Shown here one piece after another: positions 15,330-23,068 of a DNA stretch of 32,000 bases. The notes beneath the pieces were generated by a model that worked only from the letters and a program-made list of their open reading frames with translations, ran no database searches and was not told the origin of the DNA. The stretch's first letter is position 1. Each line of letters begins with the position of its first letter. Location: contig NZ_CP180230.1 of the NCBI RefSeq assembly GCF_047555085.1, positions 300,001-332,000 of the forward strand, read 5' to 3'. This DNA is from Candidatus Saccharimonadota bacterium (lineage in GTDB: Archaea; Nanohalarchaeota; Nanosalinia; Nanosalinales; Nanosalinaceae). Both the position numbers and the translations under genes were made by a program.

Positions 15330-17003
15330 ATGGAATTAGAAGAGATAGCTCGGAAATACGCTTTGAGGAACGCTGTTGAACACGGCGGCGAATGCAACCC
15401 TGGTGCAGTAATAGGAAAAATTTTCGCTGAAGAAGAATTTGAAAATAAAGGCGAAGTCACGCAAAAAGCCCAGGAAGTATGCAGGGAAGTCAACGAGCTA
15501 TCTCTGGAGGAGCAGGAATCAGAGCTCGAAAACTATGAATTCGATATACCTGAGAAAGAAGAGCACGATCCGATTCCGGATCTTGACGTTGACGAAGAAG
15601 AGGAAGTAGTTGTAAGATTTGCTCCGAACCCTAACGGCCCGCCACACATCGGCCACGCGAGAGGTATGACGATAAACGGAGAGCTACGGGACAAGTATGA
15701 TGGAAAACTAATTTTGAGGTACGATGATACCGATCCTGTGACTAAAAGGCCTATGAAGGAGGCCTACGAGATGTACAGAGAGGACTACGAGTGGCTTGGC
15801 TACGAACCGGATGAAGTAAGATATTCTTCGAAAAACTTTGATACTTACATAGAGTACGCTGAGAAACTGATTGAAATGGGTGAGGCCTATGTCTCCAAGG
15901 CTTCTCAGGAGGAGATGCAGAAGCATCGTAGAGAAGGAACCGCATCCAAGTACCGGGATCAGAGCCCGGAGAGAAACATGAAGTTATGGAACAAGATGCG
16001 GAACGGAGAACTGGATGAGGGAGAGGCCGTTCTGAAGGTAAAAACTGACTTGGACCACAAGAATCCAGCTGTCAGAGACTTCGTCGCTTTCAGAATCATC
16101 GATGAGCCAGATCATCCTATTACAGGTGACGAGTACCGTGTCTGGCCGCTGCTTGATTTCCAGGGAGCGATCGAAGACCACGTCATGGGTACGACGCACA
16201 TCGTCCGTGGGAAAGATCTGCGAGCGTCTACAAAGAGGCAGAAATACATCTACGACTACCTAGGCTGGGAGTACCCGGATATCATGTACTGGGGTAACGT
16301 CCAGATCTCCGGCTTCGACGCACCGGTCTCCGGCTCCACGATCTCGAAGATGATCGACGAGGGAGAACTCGATGGCTGGGACGATCCACGAGCTCCAACC
16401 CTCCGGGCGCTGAAGAGAAGAGGCTTCCAGCCGGAAGCACTTCAGGAATTCTTCATAGAGATGGGAGTAACAGAAAACGACATCGAGGCCTCGATCGAAG
16501 GCCTTGAGAAAGCTAATACACGTGAAGTCGACGATGAAGCGGATCGCTACTTCTTTGTCGCCCAGCCTGAGAAGCTTAAGATTGCAGGCCTCCCGGAAGA
16601 TCTCGAGGCAGATATGCAGGTGCATCCCGAGCATCCTGAGAGAGGAACAAGAAGTCCGGAGCTTGAAATCGAAGACGGCGAGCTGGAAATTTTCATAGAC
16701 GAGGACGACTTCCAAGACGGGTTCTACAGATTGAAAGGCCTCTGCAACATCGAAATTGAAGGAGATTCGGCAGAGTACAGGGAAGGAGATCACAAAGTAG
16801 CACTTGAAAAAGACGCTGACTTCATCCACTGGACACCTAGCTACGCGGACACAGCAACTGTTAAGATGCCGGATGGAAGAGATATAGAAGGCAGGATCGA
16901 GCCGAACAGTATTGAAGAAGGTGAAATAGTGCAGTTCGAAAGATTTGGATTTGTCCGATGTGATTCAGAAGAGGAAAAAGTCTTTTACTACGCGCATAAC
17001 TAG
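15330..17003 (+). CDS. gltX: Glutamyl-tRNA synthetase, archaeal type
   Basis: It has the HIGH motif (PPHIGHARG), the class-I core (LRYDDTDP, HIVRGKDL) and the archaeal/eukaryal-type C-terminal anticodon-binding region. Confidence 0.95.
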   Translation: MELEEIARKYALRNAVEHGGECNPGAVIGKIFAEEEFENKGEVTQKAQEVCREVNELSLEEQESELENYEFDIPEKEEHDPIPDLDVDEEEEVVVRFAPNPNGPPHIGHARGMTINGELRDKYDGKLILRYDDTDPVTKRPMKEAYEMYREDYEWLGYEPDEVRYSSKNFDTYIEYAEKLIEMGEAYVSKASQEEMQKHRREGTASKYRDQSPERNMKLWNKMRNGELDEGEAVLKVKTDLDHKNPAVRDFVAFRIIDEPDHPITGDEYRVWPLLDFQGAIEDHVMGTTHIVRGKDLRASTKRQKYIYDYLGWEYPDIMYWGNVQISGFDAPVSGSTISKMIDEGELDGWDDPRAPTLRALKRRGFQPEALQEFFIEMGVTENDIEASIEGLEKANTREVDDEADRYFFVAQPEKLKIAGLPEDLEADMQVHPEHPERGTRSPELEIEDGELEIFIDEDDFQDGFYRLKGLCNIEIEGDSAEYREGDHKVALEKDADFIHWTPSYADTATVKMPDGRDIEGRIEPNSIEEGEIVQFERFGFVRCDSEEEKVFYYAHN

Positions 17004-17152
17004 CTGAAGGCCTGGAAAAAGTTTCTGAATTTTTCAGGAGGCCTCAGCAAGTTTTTCAATTCTTTTTTCTCCTGTTTTGTTGAGGCCTGTTACATCAATC
17101 TATTTTATACTGGATATGTATGACTATCATCCTTTGGGAGGGGTCTGATAAC

Positions 17153-17299
17153 TTGAACTTGATCTCGCATCGACTTGGAAACTGCGTTGTCTGCGGCGAA
17201 AGAATCTACTCTGATAAAGAATACGTAAGATCGTCTGACGGATTCTGCTGTAAAGAATGCCTTAGAGAAGATAAAAGTGAAGCCGTCGCTGCAGCCTGA
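17153..17299 (+). CDS. Small Cys-rich zinc-finger protein (TRASH-like C-x2-C-x17-C-x3-C); not in the supplied ORF track
   Basis: I read this ORF manually. It has a TTG start 9 nt after a GGAGGGG Shine-Dalgarno-like run and translates to (M)NLISHRLGNCVVCGERIYSDKEYVRSSDGFCCKECLREDKSEAVAAA. The competing antisense ORF 17105..17314 has an implausible composition. Confidence 0.4.
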   Translation: MNLISHRLGNCVVCGERIYSDKEYVRSSDGFCCKECLREDKSEAVAAA

Positions 17300-17518
17300 A
17301 ATCCACAAATCCAATTTTTTCTTCTTTTTTAGAAGTTCAAAAATAAGTTTGAAAGGTTAGGGCAGTTAAAGGGAAAATTTGGGATCGAATTTTTACTGCC
17401 TGAAATAAAAAACTTCAGATAAAGAATAGGACGGTAATTTACCACGTTTAATTTTGTAATAATTGGTGTCATATTAAATAGATTTAAAAGATTTGTTTTA
17501 GAATGGTTAGATGTTAAT

Positions 17519-17908
17519 ATGAGCCTGGAAGATAAGATACGTAATGAACTTGTGAAAGAAGATCCAAAATACCTTGAAGAGCATCTTCAGGACGCGAAAA
17601 AAATATTCTCTTTAACAGATTCTGGAGATATTAACATAGAAGTGAATAATCCTTCTCAGAAGGACAGAATTTTAATACATTTTATAGGTTTGAAATATGC
17701 TCATGAAGGCGGTATGAGAGACAGCTGTAGCCAACACTACAAGGATCTTTGTGGAGAACTAGGTCTGAATCAAAGCTCAGCTAGAGTGGCATTAAGCAAC
17801 TGGAAATCAAAAGGATTTATCAAACAGCCAGATACCGGGGTATATGAACTTGATGCAAGTTCTCTAGGTGAGATAATAGAGTTCATGGAGGACAAATATG
17901 AGAAATGA
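17519..17908 (+). CDS. Hypothetical protein with a possible C-terminal winged-helix, inside the AT-rich islet
   Basis: 129 aa. The stretch SSARVALSNWKSKGFIKQPDTGVYEL looks like a recognition helix plus wing. It sits in AT-rich DNA with no AGGCCT. Confidence 0.5.
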   Translation: MSLEDKIRNELVKEDPKYLEEHLQDAKKIFSLTDSGDINIEVNNPSQKDRILIHFIGLKYAHEGGMRDSCSQHYKDLCGELGLNQSSARVALSNWKSKGFIKQPDTGVYELDASSLGEIIEFMEDKYEK

Positions 17909-18068
17909 TATTAGCATAGATGCGACTGAGGTGCACATACATAATTCGAGCGAGGAAACGAAAAAACAAGAAGAGGAACACGAAGAAACTGCAGAAGATT
18001 ATTTAAACACTCTGACTGCCACTATAGGTTTATCGGCTCTAAGAGAAATATTTGGTAAGTTGCTATGA
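17898..18068 (+). CDS. Small hypothetical ORF (56 aa) overlapping the previous stop; not in the ORF track
   Basis: I read this ORF manually as MRNDISIDATEVHIHNSSEETKKQEEEHEETAEDYLNTLTATIGLSALREIFGKLL. Its ATG overlaps the upstream stop (ATGAGAAATGA). It ends 5 nt from the 3' end of tRNA-Met. Confidence 0.3.
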   Translation: MRNDISIDATEVHIHNSSEETKKQEEEHEETAEDYLNTLTATIGLSALREIFGKLL

Positions 18069-18072
18069 GTGA

Positions 18073-18228
18073 TGGGAAAGCCGGGAATCGAACCCGGGAC
18101 CTCTGCGTATCTCACATTCCAGAAAATTTGTTTTAATCATTGGAACTTGCCTATTCTGGATCAGCAAGTTCCTCATCGCTCATAAAGTTGTTATGAGCGC
18201 AGCGCTCTAACCCCTGAGCTACTTTCCC
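18073..18228 (-). tRNA. tRNA-Met/Ile2 (anticodon CAU; elongator-type) with an ~83-nt intron at the canonical 37/38 position
   Basis: The minus-strand fold is GGGAAAG-TA-GCTC-AGGGGTTA-GAGC-G-CTGCG-CTCATA[intron]A-CGCAG-AGGTC-CCGGG-TTCGATT-CCCGG-CTTTCCC-A. The intron spans about 18109-18191 and contains TTATGAGCG, which is complementary to the anticodon region, as expected for a bulge-helix-bulge splice motif. No CCA is encoded. Confidence 0.85.
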
Positions 18229-18358
18229 AGCGTGTTACGGTACGCCAACCCAATAGAGCATTCAGCAAGGCTGAACGCACTTTACCAATTGAGATATCCT
18301 TCTTATGAGCCATTCGAGAGAATGGCTCGTTCCGTATGGATCGAGCGTAACCACTCCA

Positions 18359-18433
18359 TGGGTTCGCCCAGATTTGAACTGGGGATCTCCTCCACGTCAA
18401 GGAGGTGTCATAACCAAGCTAGACCACGAACCC
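18359..18433 (-). tRNA. tRNA-Val (anticodon GAC)
   Basis: The minus-strand fold is GGGTTCG-TG-GTCT-AGCTTGGTTAT-GAC(A)-CCTCC-TTGACGT-GGAGG-AGATC-CCCAG-TTCAAAT-CTGGG-CGAACCC-A. It forms a clean cloverleaf with no intron and no encoded CCA. Confidence 0.9.
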
Positions 18434-18530
18434 GTGCTGTGTAAAGAACTTTTAGGTGGATACTTTTTTGTACTTTAGAATAGAGGAGTGTTGTTTGAAT
18501 GAAGAAAAATTGATATGTGAGTGGAATTTT

Positions 18531-18719
18531 TTATTTGGCGTTTTTGTTTACCGAGATCAGCCTGATCATGGATACGTTGGTGATGTGGCCGCATTCGCTG
18601 CAGACTACTTTTACCCAGTCCACGTTCGGTTTATCAACGCTGTTGACATGGAGATCGTTCCCGCATTCTTCACATTCTGGAGCCATTTTTTGGAATCCTC
18701 TAACCTTGTTTATTCTCAC
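18531..18719 (-). CDS. Small zinc-ribbon protein (C-x2-C ... C-x2-C)
   Basis: The stretch MAPECEECGNDLH...VVCSECGH gives two CxxC knuckles. The ORF-track start is a GTG, and an ATG 33 nt downstream at 18686 is equally plausible. The two + strand ORFs covering the same DNA are F/L-rich and look like shadows. Confidence 0.5.
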   Translation of the reverse strand: MRINKVRGFQKMAPECEECGNDLHVNSVDKPNVDWVKVVCSECGHITNVSMIRLISVNKNAK

Positions 18720-18805
18720 CCTGCTATTTAAGCCTATCTTCTAGCTCAAGGCCTCAAGAAGTAAGTTTTCAAAGGAGTTAAAAATTTTGCGGTGAGGAAA
18801 AAGTT

Positions 18806-19339
18806 ATGGTTAACAAGTGGCAGGACTATGAAACAGGTCCGGATGCACCGGACGTAATCAATGCAGTAATCGAAAACCCTTCAGGTGAACAGAACAAGTA
18901 CGAATACGATAAGGAAAAAGAAAGCGTCGTACTTGACAGAGTTCTTTACTCTTCTATCCAGTACCCTGGTGACTACGGATTCATCCCGAAGGCCTACTAC
19001 GAAGACGAAGATCCTATGGATATTCTAGTCTTGACAACACACAGTACTTTCCCTGGATGTGTTATCGAAGTCAGGCCTGTAGGAATCCTTTACATGGACG
19101 ACGGCGGAGAGCAGGACGACAACATCATCGCAGTCCCTACAGAGGATCCAAGATGGAACAACGTAGAAGACTTGGACGACGTCAACGAGCACAAGAAGAA
19201 GGAGATCTCCGAGTTCTTCAAGACATACAAGAACCTCGAGCCTAAGAAAGAAGTCGAGATCGAAGGCTGGGGCGACGCAGAAGAAGCCAAGGAAGCCATA
19301 GAGAGAAGTCAGGAACTTTACAGAGAAGAAGTCGAATAA
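18806..19339 (+). CDS. ppa: Inorganic pyrophosphatase, family I
   Basis: It has ENPSGEQNKYEYDKE, YPGDYGFIP, DEDPMDILVL and DDGGEQDDNIIAV, which are canonical family I PPase motifs. Confidence 0.95.
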   Translation: MVNKWQDYETGPDAPDVINAVIENPSGEQNKYEYDKEKESVVLDRVLYSSIQYPGDYGFIPKAYYEDEDPMDILVLTTHSTFPGCVIEVRPVGILYMDDGGEQDDNIIAVPTEDPRWNNVEDLDDVNEHKKKEISEFFKTYKNLEPKKEVEIEGWGDAEEAKEAIERSQELYREEVE

Positions 19340-19385
19340 CTTCTCTGAGAGGCCTAGAGGCCTCTACATAATTTTTTCTCTTTTT

Positions 19386-20012
19386 CTAATTTTCCAGTTG
19401 TGCTGTCCAGAAGCTTTCACTCAGCCAGTTTCCAAGTTCGTTTCTATCTGATGGAACAACGTTACTTCTTGAGAACTGGGTGTAGAAAGCTGATTCTACG
19501 TAAGTTCCGGGATTTACGTAGACAAGCTCTTCGTTATCAATATCGACTATAACATCTTCATTTTCTCTGTACCTGGGATAGATTATCCTGTTGGATGAGG
19601 AAAGTCTTTTGCCTTCCGAGTTCATCTCATCGAATCTCTCCCACCAGTCATCTTCATCTATAAGATCATCGAAATCTGAAAGAGGCCTTCCTTCAGGCCT
19701 CTCCATGACAGTGTAAGGCATTGCTTCTTCCTGGATTCGGACTCCTGTCTCGAACTCGGGAACATTTACTTCAGAATCTTGAAGCGCCGAAAGATTTACT
19801 GCATAGGCCACATGATGTTTTACAGCGTCTGAAAAATCTTCCTCCGGAGAAACGATTCTGATGTACTCATCTGAGACGAGATGTGTGTTCTCGTAACAGT
19901 CCTTTCGCCAGTATGAGAAGTCCTGTTCCGTTAAACTGAAATCCTGTAAAGGATCTGAAATTATAATGGAGGCCTCTGAGTTTTTCTCCTGTAGCTGTGG
20001 GCCTCCTTCCAT
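19386..20012 (-). CDS. Hypothetical acidic cytoplasmic protein
   Basis: 208-aa ORF, the last gene of a co-directional array, 37 nt after the permease stop. I recognise no motif. Confidence 0.5.
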   Translation of the reverse strand: MEGGPQLQEKNSEASIIISDPLQDFSLTEQDFSYWRKDCYENTHLVSDEYIRIVSPEEDFSDAVKHHVAYAVNLSALQDSEVNVPEFETGVRIQEEAMPYTVMERPEGRPLSDFDDLIDEDDWWERFDEMNSEGKRLSSSNRIIYPRYRENEDVIVDIDNEELVYVNPGTYVESAFYTQFSRSNVVPSDRNELGNWLSESFWTAQLEN

Positions 20013-20049
20013 TGAGTAAACTAATGGACTGTAAAACTGAAAAATGTAT

Positions 20050-20889
20050 TTAGCTTCCTGTGCTGCTGTATCTTGAGAGTCCGAACTTCCAGAACTGGTA
20101 TGCTCCGAAGTACAGTACAGGACCTATGACAAGTGTGGCGATCTGCCATGGCCTCCACTGTTCCATCCCGAGGAGGAATGTTGTCGGGAAGAAGCTTGTG
20201 AATGCTATAGGCACTATCGTGATCAGAATTATCTTGATCGGCTGTGAGAAGATGTTGTACGGGTATCTTCTGAAGTCGCTGATACGGAAGAAAAGCCAGA
20301 AGATGGCCTGGCTTCTCCCTGTCCAGAAAGCTGTTGTGCCGAAAGTTACGAATATCGATCCGAGTACCATGACTCCTGATATTATCGCCATTAATCCGTA
20401 CAGGATTTTAACAGGTCCGAGTGTGAGGCCTAGCTGGTTCCATGCGTAAACTATTATCGCGATGTTGGCCAGGAACTTCGAGATATTGTCGTCGGCGATG
20501 TAACGTGCGAACACCTGGAAAAGCATGTTGAGAGGCCTGACGAAGTATCTGTCCATTCTTCCGGAGATTATGTAGTCTTCGCCGAGTCTGTACGGCGCGA
20601 AGAAGAATATGTGGTGCAGGTTAAGTATCAGGCCTGAGAATCCTGCAAGTAAAAGTATCTCGTTGAAGCTCCATCCCTGTATGTTCTCTACCTGTGTGAA
20701 GAGTAGTGTCAGGAATGCTACTGAGAAGATCAGGCTGATTAACTGGCTTGTGAAGCCCAGTACGAAGTCGGCCTTGTAGATGAGCCTTGACTTCATGTAC
20801 ATTGCAAAGAACTTTTTGTAGACGCTCCAGTGCTTCTTGATGCTTCTTATCCGGGATTCTTCTCCCCTGTAGTCATCTGATTCACTCAT
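20050..20889 (-). CDS. ABC-2-type transporter permease
   Basis: 279 aa with about 6 TM. It lies 3 nt downstream of the paralogous permease. The arrangement of ATPase plus two ABC-2 permeases is typical of the uncharacterised COG4586/4587/3694-type system. Confidence 0.7.
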   Translation of the reverse strand: MSESDDYRGEESRIRSIKKHWSVYKKFFAMYMKSRLIYKADFVLGFTSQLISLIFSVAFLTLLFTQVENIQGWSFNEILLLAGFSGLILNLHHIFFFAPYRLGEDYIISGRMDRYFVRPLNMLFQVFARYIADDNISKFLANIAIIVYAWNQLGLTLGPVKILYGLMAIISGVMVLGSIFVTFGTTAFWTGRSQAIFWLFFRISDFRRYPYNIFSQPIKIILITIVPIAFTSFFPTTFLLGMEQWRPWQIATLVIGPVLYFGAYQFWKFGLSRYSSTGS

Positions 20890-20892
20890 TTT

Positions 20893-21681
20893 CTATCCAC
20901 CTTGCACCGTCAATCGCGTCTTGGCTTTTCTCCACATTAGATGTGCAACTATGAACATTATGACTATCCAGAAAATCTGGAGTCCAAAGATTCCAAGCAC
21001 CTGGCTGCCAGAGGCCTGTCCCGTGAAGATCTGTATCGGTGCATCAGCCATCGCCCTGAAAGGCAGAACATTGAATATATCAGAGAGGCCTGCCGGAAGC
21101 AGATAAAGAGGGAACAGCACTCCCGAGAAAAGATTGGTGACGGTATTCCTGGTCATCCTGATACTCCAGTCAACTTTCGTCCAGAACACCAGCATAGAGT
21201 TAGCATAGGCCAGGAGGAACACCAGGTTGAAAGCAAGGAAAGTACTCAACGCAAAATAGAGGCTGTTCAAGAGGCCTGGAAGAGGGATATTCAGGAAGAT
21301 TACTCCAAGAGCAGCTATAGGAAGTGCTTTCGTCAAAGTATTGAATACAACCCATCCAAGTTCATGGAAGTAGACATGGCTCATCAAGCTCAGAGGCCTC
21401 TTCAGTTCATTGACTATGGTTCCTTGCCGTACCCTGTAGCCGATAAATTGCTCTGTCTGAAGAAAGGCTGCGTTAGAAACGATCTGACCTGCCACCAGAT
21501 AGGTCATAACTTGCTGGAGGCCTCCCTGAATGTTTCCGGAAGCGTCTATCGCACTCCAGACAGCGTAGTATAATGTCAGGAAGACTACTGAGGAAAGCAG
21601 TGTCGTAACTGCATCAAGCCTGTAGGCTGTCGCCTGCTTGAATGCGTTCCTGGCCACTGCATAATACTTTTTCAGATTCAT
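20893..21681 (-). CDS. ABC-2-type transporter permease
   Basis: 262 aa with about 6 TM. It lies 4 nt downstream of the ATPase gene. Confidence 0.7.
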   Translation of the reverse strand: MNLKKYYAVARNAFKQATAYRLDAVTTLLSSVVFLTLYYAVWSAIDASGNIQGGLQQVMTYLVAGQIVSNAAFLQTEQFIGYRVRQGTIVNELKRPLSLMSHVYFHELGWVVFNTLTKALPIAALGVIFLNIPLPGLLNSLYFALSTFLAFNLVFLLAYANSMLVFWTKVDWSIRMTRNTVTNLFSGVLFPLYLLPAGLSDIFNVLPFRAMADAPIQIFTGQASGSQVLGIFGLQIFWIVIMFIVAHLMWRKAKTRLTVQGG

Positions 21682-21685
21682 CCGT

Positions 21686-22675
21686 TCATTCTTCCTCTAG
21701 GCCTTCATTGTAGATTTTCTTCACTACAGATTCAATATCAGGCTCCTTGATCTGGAAATCCAGTACATCGTATCGCTCAAGCACTTCGCGCATCAAATCA
21801 CTGGCGGATATGATTTCTCTGTCAAATACGATCTCTATATGTCCATCTTCCTGCTCAATCTCGTTTATTCCCTCAAGATCAAGATCTATAGACTCTGTGC
21901 TCCGTGTATCCATCACAAGCCTTCTGGAGGTGAAACGGTTCACAAGAGAATCCAATTCACCGTCGTAAATCTTCTTACCTTCATCAAGTACAATTATGCG
22001 TTCACAGAGATCTTCTATATCATCGATATCATGCGTTGTCAGCATCACCGTGATATCCTCTTCCCTGTTCATCCTCTTGATGAACTCTCTGATACGCTCT
22101 TTTACAGCAACATCAAGGCCTATAGTAGGCTCATCAAGATACACGATCTTTGGATGATGGAGGAAAGAAGCTGCTAGTTCACATCTCATTTTCTGTCCCA
22201 GTGAAAGCTTTCTGACAGGCTGATCCCAGAACTCTGAAAGCTGTAAGACTTCATCGAACTCTTCAATCCTTTGATCGTAGGCCTCGTCAGAGACTTCGTA
22301 AATTTCTTTCAGCAATCTGAAAGACTCCTTTACGGGCAGATCCCACCACAGCTGAGTCTTCTGGCCGAATACAACTCCGATGTTCATCGCGTTCTTTTTC
22401 CGCTGCCTGTTAGGATTCCGGCCGTCGACCTCTATATTTCCGCCGGAAGGCTCCAGAATCCCTGTCAACATCTTCACTGTAGTAGATTTTCCTGCGCCGT
22501 TAGCTCCGATATAACCGATTATCTCACCTTCATCTATTTCAAGATTCAAGTCCTCTACGGCGTGTACCTCCCGGTAATCACGGGATACAAAGCTTTTCAG
22601 GTATCCTTTGATGCCTTCGCCCTGATTGTAAATTTTGAAGGTCTTCTGTAAGTCTTCTGCTTTTATGAGAGCCAT
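21686..22675 (-). CDS. ABC transporter ATP-binding protein
   Basis: It has Walker A (GANGAGKSTT), the signature motif (LSLGQKMR), Walker B (VYLDEPTIGLD), the H-loop (TTHD), and a C-terminal extension of about 90 aa. Confidence 0.9.
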   Translation of the reverse strand: MALIKAEDLQKTFKIYNQGEGIKGYLKSFVSRDYREVHAVEDLNLEIDEGEIIGYIGANGAGKSTTVKMLTGILEPSGGNIEVDGRNPNRQRKKNAMNIGVVFGQKTQLWWDLPVKESFRLLKEIYEVSDEAYDQRIEEFDEVLQLSEFWDQPVRKLSLGQKMRCELAASFLHHPKIVYLDEPTIGLDVAVKERIREFIKRMNREEDITVMLTTHDIDDIEDLCERIIVLDEGKKIYDGELDSLVNRFTSRRLVMDTRSTESIDLDLEGINEIEQEDGHIEIVFDREIISASDLMREVLERYDVLDFQIKEPDIESVVKKIYNEGLEEE

Positions 22676-22713
22676 ACATTAGAGAAAGTCAGTTATTTTT
22701 AAAACAAATACCA

Positions 22714-23067
22714 TCAGGGAAGCAACGCATCGATAGCAGAAACAACACGGACACCGTTCTTCTTCTCCAGATCGTACTGTGTTGCCGCAATATCGTACCC
22801 GAGATCTGGATCCTCCGATACAAGTATATTAGCGGAATGTCTGACAAGATCCGAGTAACCTGCGACCTCTACAGAACCTTCATCTCTGGCTGCGAAGACA
22901 TCCTCGCCGTAACGGGATATAGCCGAGTAAAACTCGTCCTCTACCTCCCCTGTCACGTCCCTGGCGATCTCATCGTAGAAATCTCCGAGAGCGCTCCAGT
23001 TCTCATCCCTGACTTCAGAGGCCTCAAAACTTGTCCTGTGCTGCGCCAGATCTTCAAGCAATCCCAT
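22714..23067 (-). CDS. Hypothetical small acidic protein (117 aa)
   Basis: The ORF starts 1 nt after the upstream stop. I recognise no family. Confidence 0.5.
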   Translation of the reverse strand: MGLLEDLAQHRTSFEASEVRDENWSALGDFYDEIARDVTGEVEDEFYSAISRYGEDVFAARDEGSVEVAGYSDLVRHSANILVSEDPDLGYDIAATQYDLEKKNGVRVVSAIDALLP

Positions 23068-23068
23068 T

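Noticed and set aside
17105-17314. A 69-aa minus-strand ORF between gltX and the AT-rich islet.
   Set aside because: Its composition is non-acidic and hydrophobic or odd, and I found no start context. The + strand TRASH-like ORF with an SD-like sequence is the better explanation, though it is itself low confidence.
18073-18228. Initiator tRNA-Met identity for the CAU tRNA.
   Set aside because: It has a G1-C72 pair, and its anticodon stem (CTGCG/CGCAG) lacks the three consecutive G-C pairs typical of archaeal initiators. Elongator Met, or the Ile2 precursor decoded through agmatidine, is more likely, and these two cannot be distinguished by eye.
18229-18358. A possible third tRNA, or a tRNA-Glu(CUC)-like anticodon arm, in the spacer between tRNA-Val and tRNA-Met.
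   Set aside because: The 9-bp hairpin has a 4-nt loop, which cannot be opened into a 7-nt anticodon loop. There is no T-arm (GTTCRANYC-like) or convincing D-arm, and the 6-bp terminal helix lacks a proper seventh pair. The 8-mer GCTCATAA shared with tRNA-Met is within chance expectation.
18191-18444. ORF-track entries 18191-18400 (-) and 18232-18444 (+).
   Set aside because: They run through the tRNA-Met exon, the structured spacer and tRNA-Val. The RNA genes explain the sequence better.
18456-18744. Two overlapping + strand ORFs (18456-18731 and 18517-18744).
   Set aside because: Both are F/L-rich with no motifs. The minus-strand zinc-ribbon ORF, with two CxxC knuckles, is the more credible reading of this DNA.
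20941-21573. Long antisense ORFs lying inside well-supported genes. Examples are 20941-21573, 16260-16829, 13222-13887, 27956-28336, 7427-7873, 9376-9807, 8353-8724, 3026-3511, 22271-22651, 15038-15493 and 31744-31989.
   Set aside because: Each is fully embedded opposite a CDS with clear family motifs. Their translations are S/R/L/P-rich, low-complexity and basic, unlike the uniformly acidic proteins of this window, and they carry no recognisable motifs. They are typical shadow ORFs.
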